Origin: Sedimentisphaera cyanobacteriorum
Lineage (GTDB): Bacteria > Planctomycetota > Phycisphaerae > Sedimentisphaerales > Sedimentisphaeraceae
Length of the DNA stretch: 32,000 nt
Direction: 5' to 3'
Assembly (NCBI RefSeq): GCF_001997385.1
Contig: NZ_CP019633.1
Location: 1,680,001 to 1,712,000 of the forward strand
The position numbers and the translations under genes were made by a program. The notes under the pieces are model-generated. The model ran no database searches, was not told where the DNA came from, and saw nothing but the letters and a program-made list of their open reading frames with translations. Positions 1 through 7,458 of this stretch are shown one piece after another (within the stretch, counting starts at the first letter, position 1; each line of letters starts with the position of its first letter).

Positions 1-1
1 A

Positions 2-277
2 GCTATGGCCAAACGGGGTGTAGATTTCGAGCCCAAAGTTCGTCTGGTTAAGCTGTGCAAGGCGCCTTACGCCAAGAGCGTGCTCACCAGCGACCGCTGG
101 GTCTCCTGTATGATGCCCTGCACGATGGCTGTATGGGAGGGAGATAACGGTAAGGCATATCTCTCCGAAATGAACCTTTCACTGATGTCCAAGCTTTTCG
201 GCGGCAATATCAAAAAGGTTATGGGCGGTAAAGTAGTAGAAGAAGAAGAAAAGATACTTGAGGGTTTGCTGAAGTAA
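2..277 (+). CDS. DUF302-like small protein, C-terminal part (5' end outside window)
   Basis: The frame is open from position 2, with no stop before the first ATG at 5, so the true N-terminus probably lies upstream of the window. The block VSCMMPCTMAVWEGDNGKAYLSEMN resembles the Pro-Cys core of DUF302 proteins as I recall them. The family call is from memory only. Confidence 0.4.
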   Translation, partial: AMAKRGVDFEPKVRLVKLCKAPYAKSVLTSDRWVSCMMPCTMAVWEGDNGKAYLSEMNLSLMSKLFGGNIKKVMGGKVVEEEEKILEGLLK

Positions 278-280
278 TCA

Positions 281-308
281 TTGAACAGCCAAAATTCAAT
301 GTTACAAT
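281..308 (+). promoter_or_regulatory. sigma70-like promoter TTGAAC-16 nt-TACAAT upstream of the MMPL operon
   Basis: TTGAAC at 281-286, a 16-nt spacer, TACAAT at 303-308. A GAGGGA Shine-Dalgarno at 332-337 follows, then ATG 344. Sequence pattern only. Confidence 0.4.
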
Positions 309-343
309 CAACCCATTACAATTATTAAGCTGAGGGATTTTAT

Positions 344-3037
344 ATGAACTTTCGTGAAAAGCTGACAGAGTTTTCCCTTCACAGGCACAAAGCGGTAACC
401 GCAATTGTTACAGCAGTTACCCTGCTTGCAATTATATTTGCTGGCGGTCCGTCTTTATTTCCCAACGCCTTAAGCGGGCTCAACAAGGTAGAGATCGATA
501 CAGATCCTGAAAATATGCTCCCCGACGATGAGCCGGTGCGCGTTTTTCACAATGAGATGAAAGATGAATTCACGCTGCACGATATGGTAGTTGTGGGCGT
601 GGTTAATGAAGAGCACCCCGAAGGCGTTTTCAATGTTGAAACGCTGAAAAACGTTTACGAGCTCACCGAATACATTAAGACGCTCACTTGGACAGAAGAC
701 GGCGAGCAGGAAGGCGTGGTAAAGGCAGACCTTATCGCCCCTTCCACTGTTGACAATATAGAGCAGGGAGGGCTCGGAACGGTTCACTTTGAGTGGCTTA
801 TGCCGGCCCCGCCGGAAACGCCTGAAGAGGCTCAGGCAATCAGAGACAACGCCTCAGACATACCGTTTCTTGAGGGGACTCTTGTTTCCGAAGACGGGAA
901 GGCTCTGGGAATATACATACCAATCACAAAGAAAGACCTCAGCTATAAGGTTTACAGCTCGCTGAAGGATAAGATCGAGACCTTCAGCGGCTCTGAGAAA
1001 TATCACATTACAGGTCTTCCTGTGGCTGAAGATACATTCGGCGTTGAAATGTTCAAGCAGATGGCAATCTCCGCCCCCACTGCTATGGTTATAATCTTTA
1101 TCATAATGCTGATTTTCTTCAGGAAACTGCATGTGATAATCTCGCCGATGATTGTGGCTCTTGTCTCGGTTATAGTAACTATGGGAGCTCTTATAATCTC
1201 GGGATTCCCCGTGCATATAATGAGCAGTATGATTCCCATATTCATAATGCCTATAGCGGTTCTCGATTCGATCCACATCATCAGCGAGTTCTTCGAGATA
1301 TACCAGAAACACAAAGACCGCAAGAAAACCATGCACAAGGTGATGGAAGACTTGTTCGTGCCAATGCTCTACACATCGCTGACATCCGCAGCGGGCTTTG
1401 CCTCCCTTGCGCTTACCCCGATACCTCCTGTACAGGTGTTCGGTGTGTTCGTAGCACTGGGAATTATGGTAGCGTGGTTTCTCACAATCACGTTTATCCC
1501 CGCATACGTTATGCACCTCAAACCCGAGACGCTTCATAAATTCGGGCGTGAACACGATGAGAACGGCTTCAAGAAAGACGATGATTCTGTTCTTGGCAGA
1601 TGGCTCGGGAAACACGGCATCTGGACGTACAACAGGACAAAGCTCATACTCACTGCTGCGGCTGTAGTTATTGCGATAAGCATCTACGGAATCAGCAAGA
1701 TTGAGATAAACGACAACCCCGTGAAGTGGTTCGAAAAGGACCACCCGATCCGTGAGGCGGACAGAGTGCTCAACGAGCACTTCGGCGGGACGTATATGGC
1801 CTACCTAGCCCTTGAAAGCCAAGAGGACAGCCCGAAAGAGTCTGCTAAGAAGCTCGCTGAAACATTAACAGAAAAAGCCGATGCCAAGATTAAACAGTAT
1901 CAGCAGGAAAGCTGGCCTGAAGCAGTGGAAGTGTTTGAGAATCTCAAAGAGAGCATTTCCGAAATGAACAAAACAGCTTCCAGCCCGGCCGGCCTGCTTG
2001 AAAGCCTGAAAGCTGAGAATGAAGAAAAGCTCAGCTCTGCTGAAGGCGAGATGGCCTTTGCGCTTGATGAAGCGTCGCTGTTTATCAATGAGGCAGAGCA
2101 GATGGACGACACGTTCAAAGACCCTGAGGTGCTTGAGTATATCGAAGACCTCCAGAAGGAGCTCGCAAATACGGGCGTTGTGGGAAAATCCAACTCCGTA
2201 ACGGACATCGTAAAAACTGTGCACCGTGAGCTTTTTGAGGGCAAAGAAAGCCAGTTCAAAGTTCCCGATACGCCGCAGGCTGTGGCTCAGTGTATGCTTA
2301 CTTATCAGTCCAGCCACCGCCCGGGAGACCTCTGGCACTTTGTAACCCCGGACTACAAGAAATCGAGTCTCTGGGTGCAGCTCAAGAGCGGAGACAACAA
2401 GGATATGACGAAAGTTGTTGACCAGATCGATGATTATATCGCAGATAATCCGCCGCCGAAAAACCTGGAGCATCACTGGTACGGGCTTACATACATCAAC
2501 GTAATATGGCAGAAGAAAATGGTAAACGGTATGCTGGAGGCATTTGCAGGAAGCTTTATCGTAGTATTCCTGATGATGGCTCTGCTCTTCCGCTCTCCTC
2601 TCTGGGGGCTGATGTCTATGATACCGCTTACAATAACAATAGTTGCCATCTATGGAGGCGTAGGGCTTGTAGGCAAGGATTATGATATGCCTGTTGCGGT
2701 TCTCAGCTCAATGACTCTCGGGTTGGCTATCGACTTTGCGATCCATTTCCTTGCCAGAACTCGGGCTCTTTATCCGCAATTCGGCAATTCATGGCGGAAA
2801 ACTGTGCCGGCGGTATTTGCTGAACCGGCTCTTGCGATAACACGTAATATCATCGTGCTTGCGGTTGGATTCCTCCCGCTGATACTCGCACCGCTTACGC
2901 CTTACAAAACAGTAGGAATACTGCTTGCAACAATACTCACTGTTTCCGGAGTTGGTACGCTGCTTCTGCTGCCGGCGCTTGTGAGGGTTTTCGAGAAAAG
3001 ATTATTCAAAAACGAAAGGAAGGGAGAATTAGAATGA
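344..3037 (+). CDS. MMPL/RND-superfamily (COG1033-type) inner-membrane transporter
   Basis: 897-aa ORF with an SD 6 nt before the ATG. An N-terminal TM (AVTAIVTAVTLLAIIFAGG) is followed by a large soluble loop and a 5-TM bundle (MVIIFIIMLIFF...FLTITFIPAYVM). The same architecture then repeats (KLILTAAAVVIAISIYG, loop, FIVVFLMMALLF...LLLLPALVRVF). This 2 x (1 TM + loop + 5 TM) topology is typical of RND/MMPL exporters. Confidence 0.85.
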   Translation: MNFREKLTEFSLHRHKAVTAIVTAVTLLAIIFAGGPSLFPNALSGLNKVEIDTDPENMLPDDEPVRVFHNEMKDEFTLHDMVVVGVVNEEHPEGVFNVETLKNVYELTEYIKTLTWTEDGEQEGVVKADLIAPSTVDNIEQGGLGTVHFEWLMPAPPETPEEAQAIRDNASDIPFLEGTLVSEDGKALGIYIPITKKDLSYKVYSSLKDKIETFSGSEKYHITGLPVAEDTFGVEMFKQMAISAPTAMVIIFIIMLIFFRKLHVIISPMIVALVSVIVTMGALIISGFPVHIMSSMIPIFIMPIAVLDSIHIISEFFEIYQKHKDRKKTMHKVMEDLFVPMLYTSLTSAAGFASLALTPIPPVQVFGVFVALGIMVAWFLTITFIPAYVMHLKPETLHKFGREHDENGFKKDDDSVLGRWLGKHGIWTYNRTKLILTAAAVVIAISIYGISKIEINDNPVKWFEKDHPIREADRVLNEHFGGTYMAYLALESQEDSPKESAKKLAETLTEKADAKIKQYQQESWPEAVEVFENLKESISEMNKTASSPAGLLESLKAENEEKLSSAEGEMAFALDEASLFINEAEQMDDTFKDPEVLEYIEDLQKELANTGVVGKSNSVTDIVKTVHRELFEGKESQFKVPDTPQAVAQCMLTYQSSHRPGDLWHFVTPDYKKSSLWVQLKSGDNKDMTKVVDQIDDYIADNPPPKNLEHHWYGLTYINVIWQKKMVNGMLEAFAGSFIVVFLMMALLFRSPLWGLMSMIPLTITIVAIYGGVGLVGKDYDMPVAVLSSMTLGLAIDFAIHFLARTRALYPQFGNSWRKTVPAVFAEPALAITRNIIVLAVGFLPLILAPLTPYKTVGILLATILTVSGVGTLLLLPALVRVFEKRLFKNERKGELE

Positions 3038-3879
3038 GAAAATTATTAACATTAGCCGCAGTTTCAGCTCTTATGTTTAGCTCTCCGGCATTTTCCGCTG
3101 AAGAGCAGAAGAGCGAGATGACTGTTGAAAAAATCGTTCACAATGCCAACAGGGTATCCTACTATCAAGGCTACGACGGCAAAGCTGAGGTGAGTATGAA
3201 AATCGTTGACAGCAAGGACAGGGAGCGAAACAGGGAGCTTATTATCCTTCGCAGGGATGAGCTCAACCCATCACTGCCTGAAGAGAAGGCAAGAAAGGAC
3301 GACAGCTACTGCAAAGAGCAGAAAATCTATGCCTACTTCACCCGCCCTGCTGATGTGAACAAAACCGTATTTATGGTTTGGAAGCATTTAACCAAAGATG
3401 ATGACAGGTGGATGTATCTGCCGGCGCTGGATCTTGTGAAAAGGATCTCCGCTACTGACAAACGCACGAGCTTTGTAGGTTCTCACTTCTTCTATGAGGA
3501 TGTTTCCGGAAGAAGCATTAAAGACGATAAGCACGAGCTTGTTGAAACCACTGACAATTATTACGTTCTGAAGAATACTCCCAAGGACAAAGAACTCGTT
3601 GAGTTTGAGTATTACAAGATGTGGATTCACAAGGACAGCTTCGTAGTGGTTAAATCTGAATACTACAACGCTCAGGACGAACCATACAGGGTTTACGAGG
3701 TTCAGGAAGTTAAAGATATCGAGGGCTACCCTACTGTAACCAAATCCAAAATGACCGATCTGGACAGCGGGGGTTATACAGTGCTGACTTATTCAGATGT
3801 TGAATATAATATTGGTATCGAGGAATCGGTCTTTACTGAGCGTTATCTCAGGAGACCTGCAAGGAAATACTTAAGGTAA
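3034..3879 (+). CDS. secreted LolA-like 'outer-membrane lipoprotein-sorting' family protein
   Basis: ATGA start/stop overlap with the pump gene. Signal peptide MRKLLTLAAVSALMFSSPAFSA. The block DDRWMYLPALDLVKRISATDKRTSFVGSHFFYEDV matches my recollection of the LolA_like family that is habitually encoded next to MMPL exporters. Confidence 0.75.
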   Translation: MRKLLTLAAVSALMFSSPAFSAEEQKSEMTVEKIVHNANRVSYYQGYDGKAEVSMKIVDSKDRERNRELIILRRDELNPSLPEEKARKDDSYCKEQKIYAYFTRPADVNKTVFMVWKHLTKDDDRWMYLPALDLVKRISATDKRTSFVGSHFFYEDVSGRSIKDDKHELVETTDNYYVLKNTPKDKELVEFEYYKMWIHKDSFVVVKSEYYNAQDEPYRVYEVQEVKDIEGYPTVTKSKMTDLDSGGYTVLTYSDVEYNIGIEESVFTERYLRRPARKYLR

Positions 3880-3903
3880 TTTTAATTTCAGAAAGGGTGA
3901 TAT

Positions 3904-4557
3904 ATGGAAAATACAAATTTCAATATGCCGCTTCTCGGGGACGACTTCCCCAAACTTGACGTTGCGACGACTCACGGACAAATGAACATTCCGGAAGATT
4001 TGAAGGGAAGCTGGTTTGTGCTGTTCAGCCATCCGGCAGACTTCACTCCGGTATGCACAACGGAATTCGTTGCTTTTCAGAAGAGGAAAGACCAGTTCGA
4101 CAAGATCGGCTGCAAGCTCGTTGGGATGTCTGTAGATCAGGTGTTCTCGCATATCAAGTGGGTTCAGTGGATTAAGGAAGAGCTCGGGGTTACAATCGAA
4201 TTTCCGGTGGTTGCTGCGGATGAGAAGGTTGCAAAGAAGCTGGGGATGCTGCACGAGGTGAAAGGCTCAAACACGGTAAGGGCAGTATTCATCGTTGACC
4301 CGCAGGGCAAGGTTAGACTGATAATGTACTACCCGCAGGAGATCGGACGAAACATCGATGAGGTTGTTCGCTCGGTTAAGGCCCTGCAGATATCTGACAA
4401 TCAGGGAGCTATTCCCGCAGGCTGGCCAAACAACGAGCTTATCGGCAATAACGTTATTCTCCCGCCGGCTACGGACGTTGAAGCAGCAGAGCAGAGGATA
4501 AGGGATTACGACAACTACGACTGGTGGTTCTGCCACAAACCTCTCGAGGAAGACTAA
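3904..4557 (+). CDS. 1-Cys (Prx6-type) peroxiredoxin
   Basis: Peroxidatic-Cys motif [14 protein letters not shown] and a C-terminal [10 protein letters not shown] tail as in Prx6/archaeal-type peroxiredoxins. AAGGGTGA SD before the ATG. No signal peptide. Confidence 0.9.
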   Translation: MENTNFNMPLLGDDFPKLDVATTHGQMNIPEDLKGSWFVLFSHPADFTPVCTTEFVAFQKRKDQFDKIGCKLVGMSVDQVFSHIKWVQWIKEELGVTIEFPVVAADEKVAKKLGMLHEVKGSNTVRAVFIVDPQGKVRLIMYYPQEIGRNIDEVVRSVKALQISDNQGAIPAGWPNNELIGNNVILPPATDVEAAEQRIRDYDNYDWWFCHKPLEED

Positions 4558-4580
4558 TCCTGTTTACAGGGAAAATTGCT

Positions 4581-6071
4581 ATGAATATAAAGATGAGTTT
4601 TATTCTCAGAGCTTTTTCTATTGCAGTTTTACTGGGCGGGCTGGCATTCGCTGCCCCGCCCAGCCTCCCTTCCGGGCTCTCTGATGAAGGGGAGAAGAGC
4701 TCAGGCTCACCCTCTCTTCCTTCAGGACTCGGCTCAGGCAGCTCTGAGAGCAGCGAGGATTCCAGTCCTTCACTGCCTTCAGGGCTCGCAGGAGAATCTG
4801 ATTTAGAGAAAGCCGAAGAAAGCGAAGATGATGCCGGCAGCGAATCATTCTTTGATTCCGGCCTAACCGGTCTTACCGGCTTCTTGGAATTCAGAAGCGG
4901 CTGGAGGCTCCAGAACGACGAGCATCAGCAGGATATGTCTATCGGCGAAACGAGGCTTCAGCTCGAGATGGAAAAATACTGGGAAGGAATAACCTTCGCA
5001 GTTACCTCCGATATCTACTACGACTGGGCATACGGCGGGCATAGAGTGGATCTCGAGCGAGGCGAGGGTTTCTTAGACCTCCGCGAGGCGAATGTGCTGT
5101 TTTCCCCGGCAGATTTCGTTGACATCAAGGCTGGACGTCAGGTGCTTACTTGGGGTACTGGAGATTTGATTTTTATCAACGATATGTTCCCGAAGGACTG
5201 GCAGTCTTTCTTCAGCGGAAGAGATACCGAATACCTCAAGGCTCCCTCAGACGCAGCAAAGGCGAGCTTCTATACAGATATCGCAAACGTTGATGTTGTA
5301 TATACGCCCAGATTCGATTCCGACCGCTATATCAACGGCGAGCGAAACTCATACTGGAACGGTATGCAGACCGCAGGGGAGGATTCTCTGCTTCGCACTG
5401 AAAAGCCTGATCAGTGGTTCAGGGATGATGAATGGGCTGTTAGGGTGTCGAAAAATGTTCAGGGATATGAGCTCGCTGCCTACGGCTACTGGGGATACTG
5501 GAAGAGCCCTTCAGGGCAGATCCCAGCCACAGGCGAATTCACATTCAATGATCTCAATGTTTACGGAGCCAGCGTACGCGGGCAGGTAGGAGCCGGTATC
5601 GGAAATATCGAGCTTGGCTACTACGACTCACGCGACGATCAGGACGGCGACGACCCGTTTGCAGCAAACAGCCAGATGAGGTATTTGGTGGGCTATGAGC
5701 AGGATTTCCCGGAGATCGCCAACGACCTTACCGCTGCTGTGCAGTTTTACGTTGAACAGACAATGCGGTATGAGAGCTACGAAGACAGCCTTCCGGCCGG
5801 ACAGGAGGCAACGATAGACCAGTACCGCCAGCTTTTAACCTTTAGGATCACTAAGCTTTACTTCAATCAAAACCTCACAACCTCTCTGTTTACATATTTC
5901 TCGCCCTCGGATAAAGACGTTTATATGAGGCCGAATATACACTACAAAGTTGATGACAATCTCGCTGTTGAGCTGGGGGCGAATGTATTCTGGGGCGACT
6001 ACCCCTACACATTCTTCGGGCAGTTCAGAGATAATACAAACATATATACCGCTGTAAGATACAGCTTTTAA
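4581..6071 (+). CDS. outer-membrane beta-barrel protein (alginate-export/porin-like) with an N-terminal acidic Ser/Pro repeat linker
   Basis: I place the start at ATG 4581, which gives the signal peptide MNIKMSFILRAFSIAVLLGGLAFA. The ORF-track start at 4524 would overlap prx. After a ~90-aa S/E/D-rich linker the sequence turns Y/W/G/D-rich with an alternating pattern and ends YTAVRYSF (terminal aromatic). The AGRQVLTWGTGD block resembles the VVGRQDIILSKW block of the second barrel at 27034-28383. Confidence 0.65.
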   Translation: MNIKMSFILRAFSIAVLLGGLAFAAPPSLPSGLSDEGEKSSGSPSLPSGLGSGSSESSEDSSPSLPSGLAGESDLEKAEESEDDAGSESFFDSGLTGLTGFLEFRSGWRLQNDEHQQDMSIGETRLQLEMEKYWEGITFAVTSDIYYDWAYGGHRVDLERGEGFLDLREANVLFSPADFVDIKAGRQVLTWGTGDLIFINDMFPKDWQSFFSGRDTEYLKAPSDAAKASFYTDIANVDVVYTPRFDSDRYINGERNSYWNGMQTAGEDSLLRTEKPDQWFRDDEWAVRVSKNVQGYELAAYGYWGYWKSPSGQIPATGEFTFNDLNVYGASVRGQVGAGIGNIELGYYDSRDDQDGDDPFAANSQMRYLVGYEQDFPEIANDLTAAVQFYVEQTMRYESYEDSLPAGQEATIDQYRQLLTFRITKLYFNQNLTTSLFTYFSPSDKDVYMRPNIHYKVDDNLAVELGANVFWGDYPYTFFGQFRDNTNIYTAVRYSF

Positions 6072-6142
6072 GGCTTGAAGAAAAAGGCTTTGGGGTGCTT
6101 CAGTAAATCAAAATTTTTTCGGATGATTAGGACTCTGGTTTG

Positions 6143-6180
6143 AAGCAGTAAGGGCAATTCGGCCTTTACTGCTTTTCTAC
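6143..6180 (+). terminator. rho-independent terminator of the MMPL-to-barrel unit
   Basis: A 13-bp stem, AAGCAGTAAGGGC (6143-6155) pairing with GCCTTTACTGCTT (6162-6174), includes one G.U pair and closes a 6-nt loop AATTCG. It runs into TTTTCT. The right arm overlaps the stop codon of the convergent regulator gene. Confidence 0.55.
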
Positions 6181-6924
6181 TATGATATAAATCGCCTCAT
6201 CTTTTCTGATAGAAAGATGATACCCTCTAACTTTCACCTCAATCGGATCGCCGAGCGGGGCAACCCTCTCCACCTCAATAACAGCGCCTCTGCCGATGCC
6301 CATCTCAGCAAAACGCTTTAAGACTGTTGAATTTTTCAGCCTTCTTACAACGCATTTGCTGCCTATCGGAATATCAGACAAAGTAATTTCCTCGGAGCTG
6401 CCCCTGAGCCTCTGCTTCTCTTCTTTTAAGCGGCCGATCCCCTCGGTAAGACATCCGTCGCAGTTTCCCGAGCTGCAGAGAAGGTTTTTGTCAAAGTATT
6501 CTTGAAATTTCTTTATTATATCGTTTCCGCATCGCGGGCAGGCCTGAATAAATTCAGTGAAGCAGATTAGACGCTTAACCAGGTCTTCCGATATAACATG
6601 CTCCATGCTGCAGGCACCTTGTTCTGCTGTGTCTTGGTCTGCCCCGAGGATCTCCACAAAGAAATCCCTGAGTATTTCACGCTTTCGAACAATTTCCTTC
6701 GCTTCCTGCCTGCCTTTGGGGGTAAGCGTTATCACTTCGTAAGGCTTGTAGTTTATGTGCCCTGTCTGCGCCAGAGACTTCAGCGCAATCGTTACAGACC
6801 CCGCCTTAACATTCAGCTTAGCGGCAATGTCCTTCGCCCTGACGGCTCCCTTTTCTGCTATTATAGTGAATATGGCTTCCAGATAATCTTCCAGACTGGC
6901 CGACAATTCTTTATCTTTGCTCAT
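6166..6924 (-). CDS. DtxR/MntR-family metal-dependent transcriptional regulator with a Cys-rich insert and a FeoA/SH3-like C-terminal domain
   Basis: Start placed at ATG 6924 (MSKDKEL...), preceded by GGGAGA. The N-terminal wHTH LEDYLEAIFTIIAEKGAVRAKDIAAKLNVKAGSV is typical of the DtxR family. A CSMEH metal-site block is present. The C-terminus LSDIPIGSKCVVRRL...GIGRGAVIEVERVAPLGDPIEVKVRG is FeoA-like. Confidence 0.85.
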   Translation of the reverse strand: MSKDKELSASLEDYLEAIFTIIAEKGAVRAKDIAAKLNVKAGSVTIALKSLAQTGHINYKPYEVITLTPKGRQEAKEIVRKREILRDFFVEILGADQDTAEQGACSMEHVISEDLVKRLICFTEFIQACPRCGNDIIKKFQEYFDKNLLCSSGNCDGCLTEGIGRLKEEKQRLRGSSEEITLSDIPIGSKCVVRRLKNSTVLKRFAEMGIGRGAVIEVERVAPLGDPIEVKVRGYHLSIRKDEAIYIIVEKQ

Positions 6925-6927
6925 TTT

Positions 6928-7007
6928 TTCTCCCGCAATCAAGAAGCCTAATATAATAAGTTTTGCCTTAAAATGTCAATCTCAAAATTTCTCCCGCAAT
7001 TGAGAAG
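6928..7007 (-). promoter_or_regulatory. promoter TTGACA-18 nt-TATATT of the regulator gene, bracketed by two copies of a 19-bp operator-like repeat
   Basis: Read on the minus strand, the -35 TTGACA is at 6979-6974 and the -10 TATATT at 6955-6950. TTCTCCCGCAAT(C/T)(A/G)AGAAG occurs at 6928-6946 (covering the SD) and at 6989-7007 (upstream of the -35), with 17 of 19 positions identical. The upstream copy reads on the minus strand as TTCTC-N8-GAGAA. Confidence 0.4.
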
Positions 7008-7116
7008 TGTGCAGCAGTATTTTTTTTGGCAATATGCAAATCATCATGCTGCAATGCTATGCAGTATTTATTATCTATTTACTGAGCCAGCGGTTCGCTG
7101 CTTAATAATGCAGCGT

Positions 7117-7239
7117 CGTACAGCGGTGGAGCGCAAGCTCCCGCTAGGATAGCGAAACGTGAAGAGCCGGCGGTAAGCGAAAAATCTTCTCTAAAAGAAT
7201 GCCTAGCGGGTCCGCCACGGCGAACACCGCTGTAGTACG
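7117..7239. other. long imperfect hairpin / three-way-junction-like element (candidate structured RNA or MITE-like repeat)
   Basis: Hand-paired helices: CGTA + CAGCGGTG (7117-7128) pairs with CACCGCTG + TACG (7225-7239). CCGCTAGG (7141-7148) pairs with CCTAGCGG (7202-7209). A local GAGC-GCAA-GCTC hairpin at 7129-7140 has a GNRA tetraloop on the plus strand. Strand and function are unknown. Confidence 0.35.
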
Positions 7240-7306
7240 GGAGATGTTAAACAACGCAGATATTTTTATGAATGTAAAGCATTTCTGTAAAACAACTTAC
7301 AAAAAA

Positions 7307-7458
7307 TCCTTCGCGCCCCTTCGCTCCCTTCGCGGTTTAAACAAATTACCCGCCGAAAAATCCTGTCAATCCTGTCAATCCTGTAAATCCCGTCAAAAAA
7401 TTCTCCCCTCCATTTCCGCTCCGTCTGCTGCCCACTTATTCCGTCCCGTCTGTCCGCC
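7307..7458. repeat. composite short-tandem-repeat tract, pyrimidine-rich on + / GGA-rich on -
   Basis: Three repeat families are visible. 3 x CCCTTCGC(G/T)-like units at 7307-7335. 4 x phased 9-mers TCCTGTCAA, TCCTGTCAA, TCCTGTAAA, TCCCGTCAA at 7361-7396. 2 x ~20-mers TTCCGCTCCGTCTGCTGCCC (7414-7433) and TTCCGTCCCGTCTGTCCGCC (7439-7458). Confidence 0.85.

Noticed and set aside
854-1780. 308-aa minus-strand ORF (plus others at 470-787, 1003-1338 and 1865-2476) antisense to the MMPL gene
   Set aside because: It lies entirely inside a strongly supported transporter gene. The composition is His/Arg/Tyr/Cys-rich with no recognisable motifs, which is typical of a shadow ORF.
4524-4580. Upstream extension of the barrel ORF ([19 protein letters not shown]...)
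   Set aside because: It would overlap the peroxiredoxin 3' end by 34 nt and place 19 non-signal residues before a textbook signal peptide. ATG 4581 is preferred.
6072-6142. Direct repeat AAGGCTT...AAGGCTTT and the distant GCTTCA/TGAAGC inverted repeat after the barrel gene
   Set aside because: The first is direct rather than inverted. The second has a loop of more than 35 nt. The adjacent 13-bp hairpin at 6143-6174 explains termination better.
7117-7239. Long hairpin considered as retron msr/msd, a group II intron fragment or a tRNA-like element
   Set aside because: There is no reverse transcriptase or intron ORF in the window, no domain V-like motif, no cloverleaf and no GTTCGAATC T-arm sequence.
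7361-7396. Four tandem 9-bp repeats considered as a CRISPR array or iterons
   Set aside because: The repeats are contiguous with no spacers, far too short for CRISPR, and no cas genes are present. An iteron or replication-origin role is unsupported because no rep, dnaA or par genes are nearby.
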